A stretch of DNA of 64,000 bases from Tubulanus polymorphus (taxonomy: Eukaryota > Animalia > Nemertea), in contig NC_134028.1 in the NCBI RefSeq assembly GCF_964204645.1, forward strand, positions 3,224,001 to 3,288,000. Reading direction: 5' to 3'. Under the pieces are notes generated by a model, which was not told the origin of the DNA, made no database searches, and saw only the letters and a list, made by a program, of their open reading frames with translations. Position numbers and translations under genes: made by a program. Positions 63,179 through 64,000 of this stretch are shown here, one piece after another. Positions within the stretch are counted from its first letter, which is position 1; every line of letters starts with the position of its first letter.

Positions 63179-63760
63179 TTGTTCTATACAGGATTGTATC
63201 TATATTCTACATTAATTCTGCTGTGACTTGCTTCATGAAGATGGCTATTAACTTCGTCGAAATGAACTATAGCTCAAGTAAACCTTTCTTCGGTCTCATT
63301 TTTCTTTTCTACTGCGTACGAGACTCTATCGAATACAAGGGAGCTTTGAATGAGCAGAAAATGGTAGATCAGCAATATGTTCAAGCCCTCAATACCCGCA
63401 GGATATAAGGTTAAATTTCATCAGTATTTTGGTGCCAAATTCACTTTGGAAGCGATCATCAATTGCCATTTCAGTGATAGCTAGACGTGCGAAACGCGTC
63501 TCCTCGGGAATAATTTGCGGAAGAACCTTCAGGCAATTTCTTCGCGGTGATTCCTACAAAAGGATTCGTGCGGTATGTCTGTCCTCCGAATCCTAGTCTG
63601 AATAGAAAATGGAATGCGCTTCGATTGTTTTCAATTTCACGACCGGAAATTTGCTTTCGAAGGGTTTCACTTTCTTTCTGGAAATAAAATGCGCTCGAAT
63701 GCCAAAATCACGGGTTAATTAGACGAATTAGTTATTGTGTAGGAATCAGTGGAATCTCTG

Positions 63761-63939
63761 AAGCCCAACGCACGCGACGCAGGGAAACACAGAAACACGG
63801 AAACAGGAAGAAACATGTTTCCGAGCGTTTCTCTGTGTCGTGTGCTTTTACGAGAAACAAGAAACGTGGTTTCAGGAAAACGTTTTCAAGATCAAAAATA
63901 TTTGTTTCCGTGTTTCTGTGTTCACTGTGCGTTGGGCTT
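63761..63939. mobile_element. MITE (PIF/Harbinger-like)
   Basis: TIR AAGCCCAACGCAC / GTGCGTTGGGCTT plus subterminal ACACAGAAACACGGAAACA / TGTTTCCGTGTTTCTGTGT, with internal GAAAC repeats. Confidence 0.7.
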
Positions 63940-64000
63940 TAGACTCCACGGCGTGACCACGCTCAAAAATGTGTATGTTTACTGGCGACGTAAACATGTT

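Overview
AT-rich, intron-containing animal genomic DNA with many compact introns of about 55-150 nt. An invertebrate bilaterian, probably a lophotrochozoan, is an inference. Most ORF-track entries are exon fragments or noise. The left half is gene-dense: NUP85 (+), an intron-containing tRNA-Ile(UAU) (-), TMF1 golgin (+), and an EF-hand/WD40 gene of the WDR49/EFCAB8/WDY type (+) that carries a nested antisense single-exon rhodopsin-class GPCR. After a possible orphan gene comes a tandem pair of 3-exon genes for a secreted 237-aa protein. Its signal peptide, PCG and LC cysteines, RDYIILRD C-terminal helix and phase-1/phase-0 introns point to an Unpaired/IL-6-like long-chain helical cytokine. Next to the pair is a 3-exon, 70-aa prepropeptide gene missing from the ORF track, with a KR-flanked two-cysteine peptide. 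Two tRNA-Leu(UAG) genes follow. The last ~21 kb has no convincing CDS. It holds MITE/foldback elements, Penelope-type hammerhead-like relics, a long (TA)n tract and a possible first exon. All gene models were spliced and translated by hand, and family assignments come from motif recall, not from database searches.
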